A stretch of DNA of 64,000 bases from Nitrospirota bacterium (GTDB taxonomy: Bacteria; Nitrospirota; Nitrospiria; 2-01-FULL-66-17): assembly GCA_049325335.1 (NCBI GenBank), contig JBMOMC010000006.1, forward strand, positions 35,673-99,672, written 5' to 3'. Shown one piece after another: positions 1 to 9,870 of the stretch. The first letter of the stretch is position 1. Each line of letters opens with the position of its first letter. A program made the translations under genes and the position numbers. The notes beneath the pieces are model-generated. The model was not told the DNA's origin, made no database searches, and was given only the letters and a program-made list of their open reading frames with translations.

Positions 1-1572
1 GATTTCACCGACTTAAAGATGTGGTTTAACCTCGCCTGGTTTGCCCCCGAGTTTCTTGAGGAAGAGACGAGTATGCCGGACGGGTCGATCGTGTCCCTCA
101 AGAGATTTGTGGAGCAGGGCGCCGGGTTTGGCGACGCGGACATCGAGCAGATGGTCGCCCAGCAGTACGCCATCATGCGAAACATTGTTCCCCTTCACCG
201 AGCGCTTCAGGATCAAGGCCAGATCGAGATCGCAACCACGCCGTTTTATCATCCGATCCTGCCCCTCGTCTATGACTCCGATCAGGCGACGATCGACCGC
301 GAAGGCAGTACGCATCCCGCGCGATTTTTCTATCCCGAAGACGCCCGTGCGCAGGTGCGGCGCGCCGTCGAGTATTACCAAGCGGCGTTCGGGCGCTCGC
401 CCCGAGGGATGTGGCCGGCGGAAGGCGCGGTCAGCTCGCCGGTGGCCGATCTCTTTGCAGAGGCCGGGATCGCGTGGATCGCCACCGACCGCGGGGTGCT
501 CCAGCGATCAGGGCGCTGGGGATACCGGGTCGATGATCCCAACGTGCTGTGCCGGCCCTATCGAGCCGGAGAAGGTGAACGCGGGGTCTCGGTGTTCTTC
601 CGAGACGCCACGCTGTCGGACCGGATCGGGTTTCACTACCAGAGCTTTGACGACGCCGAACAAGCGGCCGCTGATTTCATCGCGGAGATCAAGGCTCGCT
701 TCGCGCATCGCGTCGATGATCCGCCGAATCGGGTTCTGTCCGTCATCCTCGACGGGGAGAACGCCTGGAGCGCCTATCGCGAGTCGGCGCGGCCCTTTCT
801 GCACGCGCTTTACCGGCGGCTCGGCGTCGATCCCGAAATCAGAACCGTGACCCTCGCTGAGTTCCTGGAAGGAAATCCCGCGCGGCGCGTGGTCCCGCAT
901 CCCGCGTCGTCGCAAGAGAAGGTCTACGACCTGTTCTGCGGCAGCTGGATCGACGAGATGGGCTCTCGCCCCGGCGCGGACCTGGGGACGTGGATTGGGG
1001 AACCGGAGGAAAACCGGGCGTGGGAACTCCTGGGTGAAGCCAGGCAGGCCCTGTCTGAGCGAGGCGCGGCGCCGGAGCGGCATCCGGCCGCGTACGAATC
1101 ACTCTACGCCGCCGAAGGGTCCGATTGGTTCTGGTGGTATGGAGACGACCAGAGCGCCGATCATGAGAGTGAGTTCGACGAACTGTTCAGAACGCACGTG
1201 AAGCAGATCTACCGAGGGCTGGGCCGCAGGCCGCCCCGAAGTCTCTCGCAGCCTCTGGTGCCGCGAGTCGTCGTGTGGTCGTTCGAACACCCGATCGGGA
1301 CGATTGAGCCGTCCGACCGGTTGGCGATCCAGACCCATTGCCGGGGCGTGCTGACATGGACCCTCAATGACGAAAAGACCGAGCAGCGCGCCGAGCTCGC
1401 GGCGGTGGGTGGGGTCATGGCGGGCGTCCGCCGGTATCGGTTGACGCTGGGCCCGTTCCCTCTCGGCGTGAAGCGGATTCGATTTGCGTTCCGATGCGCC
1501 GAGCAGGGCTGCTCGGGCGATCGACTCTGCTGCGCCCAACAGTGGTACACCGTTCGGATCGACACCCGATGA
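1..1572 (+). CDS. Glycoside hydrolase family 57 protein (alpha-amylase / glucanotransferase-like), 5'-partial
   Basis: Frame 1 is open from nt 1 (DFTDLK precedes the first Met at 19), so the N-terminus lies upstream of the window. It has GH57-like motifs FYHPILPL and EGSDWFWWYGDDQS. Confidence 0.8.
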   Translation, partial: DFTDLKMWFNLAWFAPEFLEEETSMPDGSIVSLKRFVEQGAGFGDADIEQMVAQQYAIMRNIVPLHRALQDQGQIEIATTPFYHPILPLVYDSDQATIDREGSTHPARFFYPEDARAQVRRAVEYYQAAFGRSPRGMWPAEGAVSSPVADLFAEAGIAWIATDRGVLQRSGRWGYRVDDPNVLCRPYRAGEGERGVSVFFRDATLSDRIGFHYQSFDDAEQAAADFIAEIKARFAHRVDDPPNRVLSVILDGENAWSAYRESARPFLHALYRRLGVDPEIRTVTLAEFLEGNPARRVVPHPASSQEKVYDLFCGSWIDEMGSRPGADLGTWIGEPEENRAWELLGEARQALSERGAAPERHPAAYESLYAAEGSDWFWWYGDDQSADHESEFDELFRTHVKQIYRGLGRRPPRSLSQPLVPRVVVWSFEHPIGTIEPSDRLAIQTHCRGVLTWTLNDEKTEQRAELAAVGGVMAGVRRYRLTLGPFPLGVKRIRFAFRCAEQGCSGDRLCCAQQWYTVRIDTR

Positions 1573-1637
1573 TTGCTCGACAGCCACGAGCAGAATCATC
1601 CCGACGGATCTCCAGGACGTAGAAAGGAGAAGCGCTG

Positions 1638-4076
1638 ATGACACCGCGGGCTCCGTACATTCGATGGTTTGATGAAATCGGAATCGACGATATCCCACTG
1701 GTGGGCGGCAAGAACGCTTCGCTGGGGGAGATGTATCGCGAGCTGGCTTCCAAAGGCGTGAAGGTGCCGAACGGATTTGCGATCACCGCCGAGGCCTACC
1801 GGGACTTTCTCCGGCAGACCGGCCTGGATCAGCGGGTCCGGGACATCCTGAAGGATTTGAACACCCATGACCTGGACAATCTTCGCCAGCGGGGACGCCA
1901 GGTGCGGCAGGCCATGCTCTCCGTCGGCCTACCCCCGGATCTTGAGCAGGGCATCACGGAGGCGTACGACCGCCTGGGTTCGGCAAACACCGGAGCGTTG
2001 GATGTCGCGGTTCGGAGCAGCGCTACCGCCGAGGACCTGCCGGATGCCAGCTTTGCCGGGCAGCAGGAAACGTATCTGAATGTCCAGGGCCATGCGGCGT
2101 TGCTGGATGCCTGTCGGCGTTGCTTTGCCTCGCTGTTTACCGACCGGGCCATTTCCTATCGGGCGGATAAGGGATTCGATCACTTCAAGATCGCTCTGTC
2201 CATCGGGATCCAACAGATGGTTCGGTCGGATCTGGCGACCTCGGGGGTGATGTTTTCGATCGACACCGAGACGGGCTTCCCTGATGTGGTCCTCATCAAT
2301 GCCGCCTATGGGTTGGGGGAAAACGTGGTGCAGGGGTCGGTGAATCCCGACGAGTATTACGTGTTCAAGCCCACCCTGAAGCAAGGCCACAAACCGATTC
2401 TCCAGAAGATCCTGGGGAGCAAGGAGTTCAAGCTGGTGTATGACGTGGGGGGAAGCAAGATGGTCAAGAACGTCCCGGTCCCGCCGGATGACCGGTCCCG
2501 CTTCGCCCTTACGGAGGAGGAAATCCTGACTCTGGCGCGGTGGGCGTGCGTGATCGAAGACCATTACAGCGCCAAGAAGGGACGGTCCAGCCCGATGGAC
2601 ATGGAGTGGGCCAAGGACGGCCGCACCGGGGAACTGTTCATCGTGCAGGCGCGCCCCGAGACGGTGCAGTCCCGTAAAGATCGAGACGTGCTGGAGATCT
2701 ATCACCTTGGTCAGCGCGGACGGGTCGTGGTCACGGGGCGGAGCGTGGGGGAGAAGATCGGCCAGGGGCCGGTGCGGGTGATCAAGAACGTCCAGCACAT
2801 CCACCAATTCAAGGACGGCGAGGTCCTGGTGACGGACAAGACCGATCCGGACTGGGAACCCATCATGAAGAAGGCGGCCGCCATTGTCACCAACCGGGGA
2901 GGCCGGACCTGCCACGCCGCGATCGTGAGCCGCGAGTTGGGCCTTCCCGCGATCGTGGGCGCCGAGACCGCCACGGAGGCGCTGAAGGACGGCCAGGCCG
3001 TCACCGTGTCATGCGCCGAGGGCGACACCGGGTTTGTCTACGACGGCTTGCTTCGGTTCGACGTGGAACGGGTGGAGCTCAAGGGCTTGGGTCGTCCCAG
3101 AACCAAGGTCATGATGAACGTGGGTAATCCCAATGAGGCGTTCGCGCTGTCTTTCATTCCGAACGATGGGGTGGGTCTGGCGCGGGAAGAGTTCATTATC
3201 ACCACCTCCATCAAGATCCACCCGATGGCTCTGCTGAACTACGATCGGCTGGAGGATCCCACGGTGAAGGCCGAGATCGATCGGTTGACCGCTGGCTATG
3301 CCGATAAATCGCGCTTTTTCGTGGATCGGCTTGCACAGGGGGTTGCGACGATTGCGGCGGCCTTTTACCCGAAGGACGTGATTGTCCGGCTGAGCGATTT
3401 CAAAACCAATGAATACGCCAACCTGGTCGGCGGAAGGTCGTACGAGCCGACCGAGGAGAACCCGATGCTGGGATTCCGCGGGGCGTCTCGCTACTACGAT
3501 CCGCGTTACCGGGAGGGTTTTGCGTTGGAGTGCCGGGCGATGAAGAAGGTTCGCGACGAGATGGGGCTCACCAATGTGAAGCTCATGATCCCGTTCTGCC
3601 GCACGGTGGAGGAGGGGCGACTGGTCCTGGCCGAGATGGAACAGAACGGGATGAGGCGGGGCGAGAACGGGCTGGAGGCGTACATGATGTGCGAGATCCC
3701 CAGCAATGTGATCCTGGCGGAACAATTCGCCGAGGTGTTCGACGGCTTCTCGATCGGCTCGAACGACCTCACCCAGCTCGTCTTGGGCGTGGACCGGGAC
3801 TCCGAGATCGTCGCCCACATTTTCGATGAGCGCAATCCAGCGGTCAAAGCCATGGTCGCCAGCGTGATCCGCGCCGCCAAGGCCAACGGGCGGAAGATCG
3901 GAATTTGCGGCCAGGCGCCCAGCGACTATCCGGAGTTCGCCCGGTTCCTGGTGGAGCAGGGCATCGACAGCCTCTCACTCAACCCGGACGCGGTGATGAA
4001 GACCACACTCGCGATCTTGGAAGTGGAGAAGGTCCTGGCCGAGGGTCAGCAGGATTCAAAGCGGGTCGTGAAGTGA
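1638..4076 (+). CDS. ppsA: Phosphoenolpyruvate synthase (pyruvate, water dikinase)
   Basis: 812 aa. The N-terminus VGGKNASLGEM is the ATP-grasp PPDK_N type, GGRTCHAAIVSRELG is the phosphohistidine swivel motif, and the C-terminus is a PEP-utilising TIM barrel (GSNDLTQL). Confidence 0.95.
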   Translation: MTPRAPYIRWFDEIGIDDIPLVGGKNASLGEMYRELASKGVKVPNGFAITAEAYRDFLRQTGLDQRVRDILKDLNTHDLDNLRQRGRQVRQAMLSVGLPPDLEQGITEAYDRLGSANTGALDVAVRSSATAEDLPDASFAGQQETYLNVQGHAALLDACRRCFASLFTDRAISYRADKGFDHFKIALSIGIQQMVRSDLATSGVMFSIDTETGFPDVVLINAAYGLGENVVQGSVNPDEYYVFKPTLKQGHKPILQKILGSKEFKLVYDVGGSKMVKNVPVPPDDRSRFALTEEEILTLARWACVIEDHYSAKKGRSSPMDMEWAKDGRTGELFIVQARPETVQSRKDRDVLEIYHLGQRGRVVVTGRSVGEKIGQGPVRVIKNVQHIHQFKDGEVLVTDKTDPDWEPIMKKAAAIVTNRGGRTCHAAIVSRELGLPAIVGAETATEALKDGQAVTVSCAEGDTGFVYDGLLRFDVERVELKGLGRPRTKVMMNVGNPNEAFALSFIPNDGVGLAREEFIITTSIKIHPMALLNYDRLEDPTVKAEIDRLTAGYADKSRFFVDRLAQGVATIAAAFYPKDVIVRLSDFKTNEYANLVGGRSYEPTEENPMLGFRGASRYYDPRYREGFALECRAMKKVRDEMGLTNVKLMIPFCRTVEEGRLVLAEMEQNGMRRGENGLEAYMMCEIPSNVILAEQFAEVFDGFSIGSNDLTQLVLGVDRDSEIVAHIFDERNPAVKAMVASVIRAAKANGRKIGICGQAPSDYPEFARFLVEQGIDSLSLNPDAVMKTTLAILEVEKVLAEGQQDSKRVVK

Positions 4077-4094
4077 TCGGTCCTTGAGGCGGAC

Positions 4095-5120
4095 ATGGCA
4101 ACGATTGAAGGGACCATACGGTCAATCATTTTCCTGGAGGTTGAGTCCTGGGAACAGGAGTTTCTCATGAAGTCCTGTCCCTCCCATTGGCAGGGCCGGT
4201 TTTACCCGGAGGAGGCCGACCGCATCGACCCGGAAAAGATCAGTGACGCCGAGATCCTCTCGGTCTTCATTTACTCCGATCTGGATGCCGCGTTCCTGAG
4301 TCGACTTCCCCATCTGAAAATGATCGCCACCCGATCCACCGGCTACGATCACATCGATGTCGCCTACTGCCGTGAACGCGGGATCATGGTCTGTACCGTG
4401 CCTACGTATGGGACCAACACGGTGGCTGAACACGCGTTCGCCCTGATCCTGTCGCTCTCGCGCAAGATTTATCCGGCCCGCGAGCGCACCGTCCGCGGCG
4501 AGTTCTCCTTTCACGGACTTCAGGGATTCGATCTGATGGGAAAGACGCTGGGGGTGATCGGCACCGGCCAGATCGGCCGGCATGTCATCCGGATCGCCAA
4601 CGGTTTCCAGATGCGAGTGCTCGCCTACGATGCCAGGCCCGAGCCGTCCCTGGCAGACCTGTTGGCTTTCCGGTACGCCGATTTGAACGAGCTCCTTTCG
4701 CGCGCGGATGTCATCTCGCTTCATTGTCCCCTGACGCCGGAGACACGGCATCTCATCGGAAGGGATCAGTTTCAAAGGATGAAGAGGGGAGTTCTGCTGA
4801 TCAACACGGCCCGCGGGGGCCTCGTGGATACTGAGGAACTGCTCCGGGCACTGGAGGAAGGCATCGTGGGCGGAGCGGGGCTGGACGTCCTGGAGGAGGA
4901 AGAGGCGATCCGGGAGGAGCGGGAGCTGCTCTCGGCGCGTTTCGACGAAGAAAGGCTACGCTCCGTGGTCAGAAACCACATCCTGCTCAAGCGGGACGAC
5001 GTGATCATCACGCCGCACATCGCGTTTAACAGCCGCGAGGCCGTGGAGCGGATCCTGATCACCACACTGGACAACATTGCGGGATTTCTCGAAGGCACGC
5101 CGCGTAATCGCGTGGCGTGA
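4095..5120 (+). CDS. D-isomer-specific 2-hydroxyacid dehydrogenase (D-lactate / phosphoglycerate dehydrogenase-like)
   Basis: NAD-binding motif GVIGTGQIGRHV, a catalytic-region pattern LINTARGGLVD, and ITPHIAF near the C-terminus. Confidence 0.85.
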   Translation: MATIEGTIRSIIFLEVESWEQEFLMKSCPSHWQGRFYPEEADRIDPEKISDAEILSVFIYSDLDAAFLSRLPHLKMIATRSTGYDHIDVAYCRERGIMVCTVPTYGTNTVAEHAFALILSLSRKIYPARERTVRGEFSFHGLQGFDLMGKTLGVIGTGQIGRHVIRIANGFQMRVLAYDARPEPSLADLLAFRYADLNELLSRADVISLHCPLTPETRHLIGRDQFQRMKRGVLLINTARGGLVDTEELLRALEEGIVGGAGLDVLEEEEAIREERELLSARFDEERLRSVVRNHILLKRDDVIITPHIAFNSREAVERILITTLDNIAGFLEGTPRNRVA

Positions 5121-5177
5121 TGCGCGTCGGGGAGGCGAAGCCCTCCCATGTCATTCCAACCGATTGAAGGAGGCGTG

Positions 5178-5648
5178 ATGCCCAAGGTCAGAACGGCGAA
5201 GCATGCGATCACGACGATCCTGGTTCCAACCGATTTCTCCGAGTATTCCAAGCAGGCCCTCAGCTACGCCGAGATGTTAGCCAAGAAATTTGATGCCAAG
5301 ATCGTCCTGATTCACGTGATCGACACCGTGAGCTACATCGTGAGCGAATCGGTGCAGTGGACAGCAGATGTCTCCGCCCGCGTGCAAGGCACCATCCAGC
5401 CCATGCTCGATGATCTGATTCGCGACGCGGAGAAGAGGGGTATCGTGGCATTCAGTCAATTGACCCAGGGCGTACCCTACGACCAGATCGTCAAGGCTGT
5501 CGAGGACATCCGCGCCGATCTCATCGTCATGGGAACCCATGGCCGGACCGGCATGCGCCACGTGCTGTTGGGAAGCGTGGCGGAACGAGTCGTCCGGTTG
5601 GCGGCGTGCCCGGTGTTGACCGTTCGAAGCAAAGGAGGAGACACATGA
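5178..5648 (+). CDS. Universal stress protein (UspA family)
   Basis: Usp pattern ILVPTDFSEYS...IVMGTHGRTG...LLGSVAERVVRLAACPVLTV. I chose the start at ATG 5178 because GAAGGAGG lies 4 nt upstream. The track ORF begins at 5148. Confidence 0.85.
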   Translation: MPKVRTAKHAITTILVPTDFSEYSKQALSYAEMLAKKFDAKIVLIHVIDTVSYIVSESVQWTADVSARVQGTIQPMLDDLIRDAEKRGIVAFSQLTQGVPYDQIVKAVEDIRADLIVMGTHGRTGMRHVLLGSVAERVVRLAACPVLTVRSKGGDT

Positions 5649-6703
5649 ACACGATCAAGGTAGCGGTCAACGGCTACGGAGTCATCGGCAAGCGCGTGGC
5701 CGATGCGGTGAGGCGGCAGGATGATATGGAACTCGTGGGCGTCGCCGACGTGGTGACCGATTATCGGATCAAGACCGCAGCGGTGTTGGATGTTGACGTA
5801 TATGCCGCGCTGCCCGAGAAAAGTCGGGAGATGCGCGCGGCGGGGATTCCGGTCGCTGGAACGCTCGACGAGTTGCTTGGACGTGTGAATGTCATCGTGG
5901 ACTGCACCCCCAAGAAGATCGCCAAGGCCAACAAGACTCGATACGAGCGCGCGGGCGTGAAAGCCATTTTCCAGGGCGGCGAGTCGCACGAACTGACCGG
6001 TCATTCGTTCGTGGCGCAGGCCAACTACGAGAGCGCGCTTGGCCGTCAGATGACGCGGGTGGTGTCGTGCAACACGACCTCGATCGTTCGCACCCTGACC
6101 GCGCTGAAGAAAGCGGGCCTGCTGAAGCGGGCGCGCGGCACGCTGATTCGGCGGGCCTCCGACCCCTGGGAAGGACATAAGGAAGGGATCTTGAACACGG
6201 TCGTTCCCGAGCACGTGATCCCCAGCCATCAAGGGCCGGACGCCCGCACCGTGGACCCTGATCTCGATGTGGTCACGATTGCGGTCAAGGGTCCCATGAA
6301 CGTCAGCCACCTCCACACTTGGTGGGTCGAGTTGGCACGGCCGTCGACCAAGGACGAGGTGCTCTCGGCGTTCCACGCCGCGCCCAGAATCGCGTCGATC
6401 CGGATGAGCGACGGGGTGGAAGCTCTCAACAGCACCAAGGAACTGATGGCCGACCTGGGCCGACCTCGGGCCGACATGTGGGAGGTGGCGCTCTGGGAAG
6501 ACGTGTTGACCGTGACCGGCAACGAGGCTTATTACGCCTACCAGGTGGACAACCAGGCGATCGTGATCCCTGAGACCGTCGATGCCATTCGCGCGCTCTC
6601 GGGCATCGAGCGAGACGCGATGCAATCCATTGCGAAGACGAACCAGTCGCTGGGTATCGTCAAGGAGTTCCTACCGCTCAAACAGGGCGTGTCGGCGGCG
6701 TAA
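5645..6703 (+). CDS. gap: Type II (archaeal-type) glyceraldehyde-3-phosphate dehydrogenase
   Basis: N-terminus MNTIKVAVNGYGVIGKRVADAV and active-site VVSCNTTS are typical of the archaeal-type phosphorylating GAPDH family. The ATGA start/stop overlap with uspA suggests translational coupling. Confidence 0.8.
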   Translation: MNTIKVAVNGYGVIGKRVADAVRRQDDMELVGVADVVTDYRIKTAAVLDVDVYAALPEKSREMRAAGIPVAGTLDELLGRVNVIVDCTPKKIAKANKTRYERAGVKAIFQGGESHELTGHSFVAQANYESALGRQMTRVVSCNTTSIVRTLTALKKAGLLKRARGTLIRRASDPWEGHKEGILNTVVPEHVIPSHQGPDARTVDPDLDVVTIAVKGPMNVSHLHTWWVELARPSTKDEVLSAFHAAPRIASIRMSDGVEALNSTKELMADLGRPRADMWEVALWEDVLTVTGNEAYYAYQVDNQAIVIPETVDAIRALSGIERDAMQSIAKTNQSLGIVKEFLPLKQGVSAA

Positions 6704-6755
6704 GGGGTGGTGAAGGCCGCTCCGGTTTGAAAATTGGGGGGAAGGGGGAGAACCC

Positions 6756-7613
6756 ATGAACGTGCTTAGGACCGGTCTGCTGCTGGCAGTGCTCGCGGGC
6801 ATCCTGGTCGCGGTGGGAGGACTGGTGGGCGGGCAGGGGGGCGCGACCTTTGCGCTGATCCTCGCGCTAGTGATGAACCTCGTGGCCTACTGGTTCTCCG
6901 ACAAGATCGTCCTGGCCATGTATCGGGCAAAACCGGTGTCGGAGGCTGAGGCGCCGGAGCTGCACCGGATCGTGCGAAACCTGGCGCGCAAGGCGGGGAT
7001 TCCCATGCCTCGCATCTATCGGATCGAACACCCGACGCCCAACGCGTTTGCGACGGGCCGCAATCCCTCGCATGCCGCCATCGCGGTGACCACGGGGATC
7101 GAAACGCTTCTGGAGGCGGAGGAACTCGAAGGGGTGCTGGGCCACGAGCTAGCGCACGTGCTCCATCGCGACATCCTGATCAGCACCATCGCCGCGACGA
7201 TCGCCGGGGCAATCAGTTATCTCACCTATTGGGCGCAGTGGAGCCTGATGCTGGGGGGCAATCATCGGGACCGTGATGGGGGACCGGCTCAGTTGATCGC
7301 GGCTCTGGTCGCCATCATCGTTGCCCCGCTTGCCGCGATGCTGGTTCAGTTGGCGATCTCGCGCGGGCGGGAGTACCACGCGGATGAGGGCGGCGCGGCT
7401 CTGACCAACCCGCTGAGTCTGGCCTCGGCCCTGCGCAAACTGGAGGCGGGCAATCGGCGGATTCCGCTCGACGCCAATCCTGGCACCGCGCACCTGTTCA
7501 TCGTCAACCCCTTGCGCGGGGGCGGATGGGCCACCCTCTTCTCAACCCATCCCCCGATTGGCGAGCGGGTCGCGAGGCTGGAGGCGATGGCGGGGCGCCG
7601 CCTCGTTCGGTAG
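6756..7613 (+). CDS. htpX: Zinc metalloprotease HtpX (M48 family)
   Basis: Four predicted TM segments, the HELAHV zinc motif, and [10 protein letters not shown] at the C-terminus. Confidence 0.9.
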   Translation: MNVLRTGLLLAVLAGILVAVGGLVGGQGGATFALILALVMNLVAYWFSDKIVLAMYRAKPVSEAEAPELHRIVRNLARKAGIPMPRIYRIEHPTPNAFATGRNPSHAAIAVTTGIETLLEAEELEGVLGHELAHVLHRDILISTIAATIAGAISYLTYWAQWSLMLGGNHRDRDGGPAQLIAALVAIIVAPLAAMLVQLAISRGREYHADEGGAALTNPLSLASALRKLEAGNRRIPLDANPGTAHLFIVNPLRGGGWATLFSTHPPIGERVARLEAMAGRRLVR

Positions 7614-7663
7614 CGGATCACGGTTTTCGAAGGCGCGAATCGAGGTTTTCTGATTGGCCGACG

Positions 7664-8425
7664 ATGAATAGAAGATCATCCACTTCTATTGTCTTGATTT
7701 CTGCCGTCCTCGTTTCGTGGGCGTTTGCCTGGGCGGGAGACGAAACCGAGATCATCGATCTCGGCCTCTCATCAAGGGACTATCGAGAAGGTCAGGTGCC
7801 CTCGGGTTGGACATTGCGCAAGTGGTTCGGCCTGCCGAAGGGAGCCAGCGCAGCGTGGGCCATCGAGAATGGGGTGCCGGCCGTGAAACTTCGTTCCAAC
7901 GGCGCGCTGACCTTTCTCGAGAAATGGGTTGACATCGATATCCAGGCCCACCCGGTCGTGACGTGGAAGTGGAGGGTGCGAAATATTCTTCAAAGGATTG
8001 ACGAGACAACGAAAGCGGGCGACGACCATCCGATCAGACTGCTGTTCGTCTTTGCCCCTGACGAATCTCGGCAATCCGTTTGGTTTCGGTTCAAGCGGTT
8101 TGTCTATCTCGACCGCGTTCATGGGCATCCGATGGGGAGCCGATTTATCGAATATCTCTGGAGCAGCCGTCTTCGAGCCGGTGACGTCATCGACGATCCG
8201 GGGAAGTCCGGGCAGAAGCTGGTAGTCGTGGAGAGCGGCAGCACGAACCTGGGCAGATGGTTGTCGTATCAGAGAAACCTGTATCGGGAATTTCAGACAC
8301 TGTATGGAGAAGAACCTCGGCGACTCGTGAAGATCGGCATCATCAACGACACCGATCAAACAGCGCAGGAAGCCGTCAGTTACATCGTCGATCTGACCTT
8401 CGGTCGGTCGGGAACGGCCGACTGA
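7664..8425 (+). CDS. DUF3047-like secreted protein
   Basis: ATG at 7664 followed by a signal-like segment SIVLISAVLVSWAFAWA. The conserved-looking block KAGDDHPIRLLFVF resembles DUF3047. The upstream part of the track ORF (7526-7663) overlaps htpX and was rejected. Confidence 0.55.
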   Translation: MNRRSSTSIVLISAVLVSWAFAWAGDETEIIDLGLSSRDYREGQVPSGWTLRKWFGLPKGASAAWAIENGVPAVKLRSNGALTFLEKWVDIDIQAHPVVTWKWRVRNILQRIDETTKAGDDHPIRLLFVFAPDESRQSVWFRFKRFVYLDRVHGHPMGSRFIEYLWSSRLRAGDVIDDPGKSGQKLVVVESGSTNLGRWLSYQRNLYREFQTLYGEEPRRLVKIGIINDTDQTAQEAVSYIVDLTFGRSGTAD

Positions 8426-8457
8426 TTCCATAGCGCGCTGCAACTGGAGAGGAAGCG

Positions 8458-9870
8458 ATGAACGTGTCATGGCTCACTGCAAACTCGACCGGCTGGCTTC
8501 AGTGGCGCAAGATGCGTCCATCGGTGGTTCTCATTCTGGCCGCGCTGGGGGGAAACAGCGGGATTGCTCTCGGCGCCGAAGGGGAGGCGCCGATCGTAGC
8601 GGCGCTCACCTTGGAGCAGAGCCTTCGGTTTGCCGAGGAGCACAACCCTCAACTCGTTGCGGCCCATGAGAAGGTTCGTTCCGCCGAGGCCGGTATCGTG
8701 GAGATGCGTTCCGGCCTGTACCCGCACCTCGACGCCAGCGCCGGCGTGTTCCACCTCGAATCTCCTCCCACCCTGACACTGGGTCCTCTCAGTGTCCCGA
8801 TCGGCCGGGAGGACATGAGGTTTATCAACGTGGGTGCGACGCAGACATTGTACGCCGGCGGCCGCATCCAGGGTGGCATTGAGTCGGCGCGGCTCGCCCG
8901 GGTTGACGCCAAGGAGCGGCTCCGGGCCTTGAGCCGCGAAGTAGCGGCGCAGGTGAAGAACGCGTTTTACGGCGTGCTGTTCGCGCGCGAACTGGTCAGG
9001 GTCAGGCAGGACGCGCTGGCCCTGTTGCAGGAGCATCTGGCCACGACGCAAGCGAGGTTTCGGCAAGGCACCGCGGCCGAGTTCGATATGCTGCGGGCGG
9101 ATGTGGAGGTGGCGAACGCGCGTCCGCCGCTGATTGAGGTGGAAAATCAGTTGGCGACGGCGGAGGAACGCTTCAAAAGAGCGCTGGGTTTTGATCTTGA
9201 CAGCGCCGTCAGCGTTAACGGCGAGCTTCGGCAACGGCCGGTCCCGTTCGCGGGCGCCGAAGCGGCAGCAGAGTCGGCCGCCTACGCCTGCCGTGCCGAA
9301 GTCGAGGCGGCCAGAGCGGCGGTTCGGCTTGCCGACACGCAGACCCGCATCGCGCGGGCCGGCGACAAACCCACGGTGTCGCTCTCTGCGAACTACTTCG
9401 GCACGTCGCCGGAGTACTTCATGGCGCCGTCGGAGGATTTGCGCTGGAACTGGATGGCAGGGGTCAACGTGACCCTGCCGCTGTTCTCCGGGTTTGAAAC
9501 CCGCGGGCGGGTCGCCAAATTTCAGGCGGAATCCGCGGGGGCACTGGCCCAAGTTCACGACGTGGAGCAGCAGGTTCGGCTGGAGACGCGGCAGGCCTTC
9601 CTGCGAATCAAGGAGGCGGAGGAACTCGTACGCTCGCAGGCCCAGAACGTGGTGCAGGCGGAGAAGGCGTTGCGCATTGCGCGCCGGCGCTATGAGCAGG
9701 GCCTGGGGACGCAGCTCGATGTGACGGATAGTCGGGTGGCGCTCACCCAGGCGCGGGTCAACGAACTGTCCGCTCTCTATCGACATGAGCTCGCCGTCGC
9801 CGAGCTCGATCGGGCGGTGGGCTGCCCACCGGGCACGCCAACGGAGGGACGGGAAGGAGACGAACCGTGA
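8458..9870 (+). CDS. TolC-family outer membrane efflux protein
   Basis: Two tandem OEP-type repeats with coiled-coil heptads (LTLEQSLRFAEEHNPQL ... ELSALYRHELAVAELDRAVG). The real start may be ATG 8512 (MRPSVVLILAALGG signal). Confidence 0.85.
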   Translation: MNVSWLTANSTGWLQWRKMRPSVVLILAALGGNSGIALGAEGEAPIVAALTLEQSLRFAEEHNPQLVAAHEKVRSAEAGIVEMRSGLYPHLDASAGVFHLESPPTLTLGPLSVPIGREDMRFINVGATQTLYAGGRIQGGIESARLARVDAKERLRALSREVAAQVKNAFYGVLFARELVRVRQDALALLQEHLATTQARFRQGTAAEFDMLRADVEVANARPPLIEVENQLATAEERFKRALGFDLDSAVSVNGELRQRPVPFAGAEAAAESAAYACRAEVEAARAAVRLADTQTRIARAGDKPTVSLSANYFGTSPEYFMAPSEDLRWNWMAGVNVTLPLFSGFETRGRVAKFQAESAGALAQVHDVEQQVRLETRQAFLRIKEAEELVRSQAQNVVQAEKALRIARRRYEQGLGTQLDVTDSRVALTQARVNELSALYRHELAVAELDRAVGCPPGTPTEGREGDEP

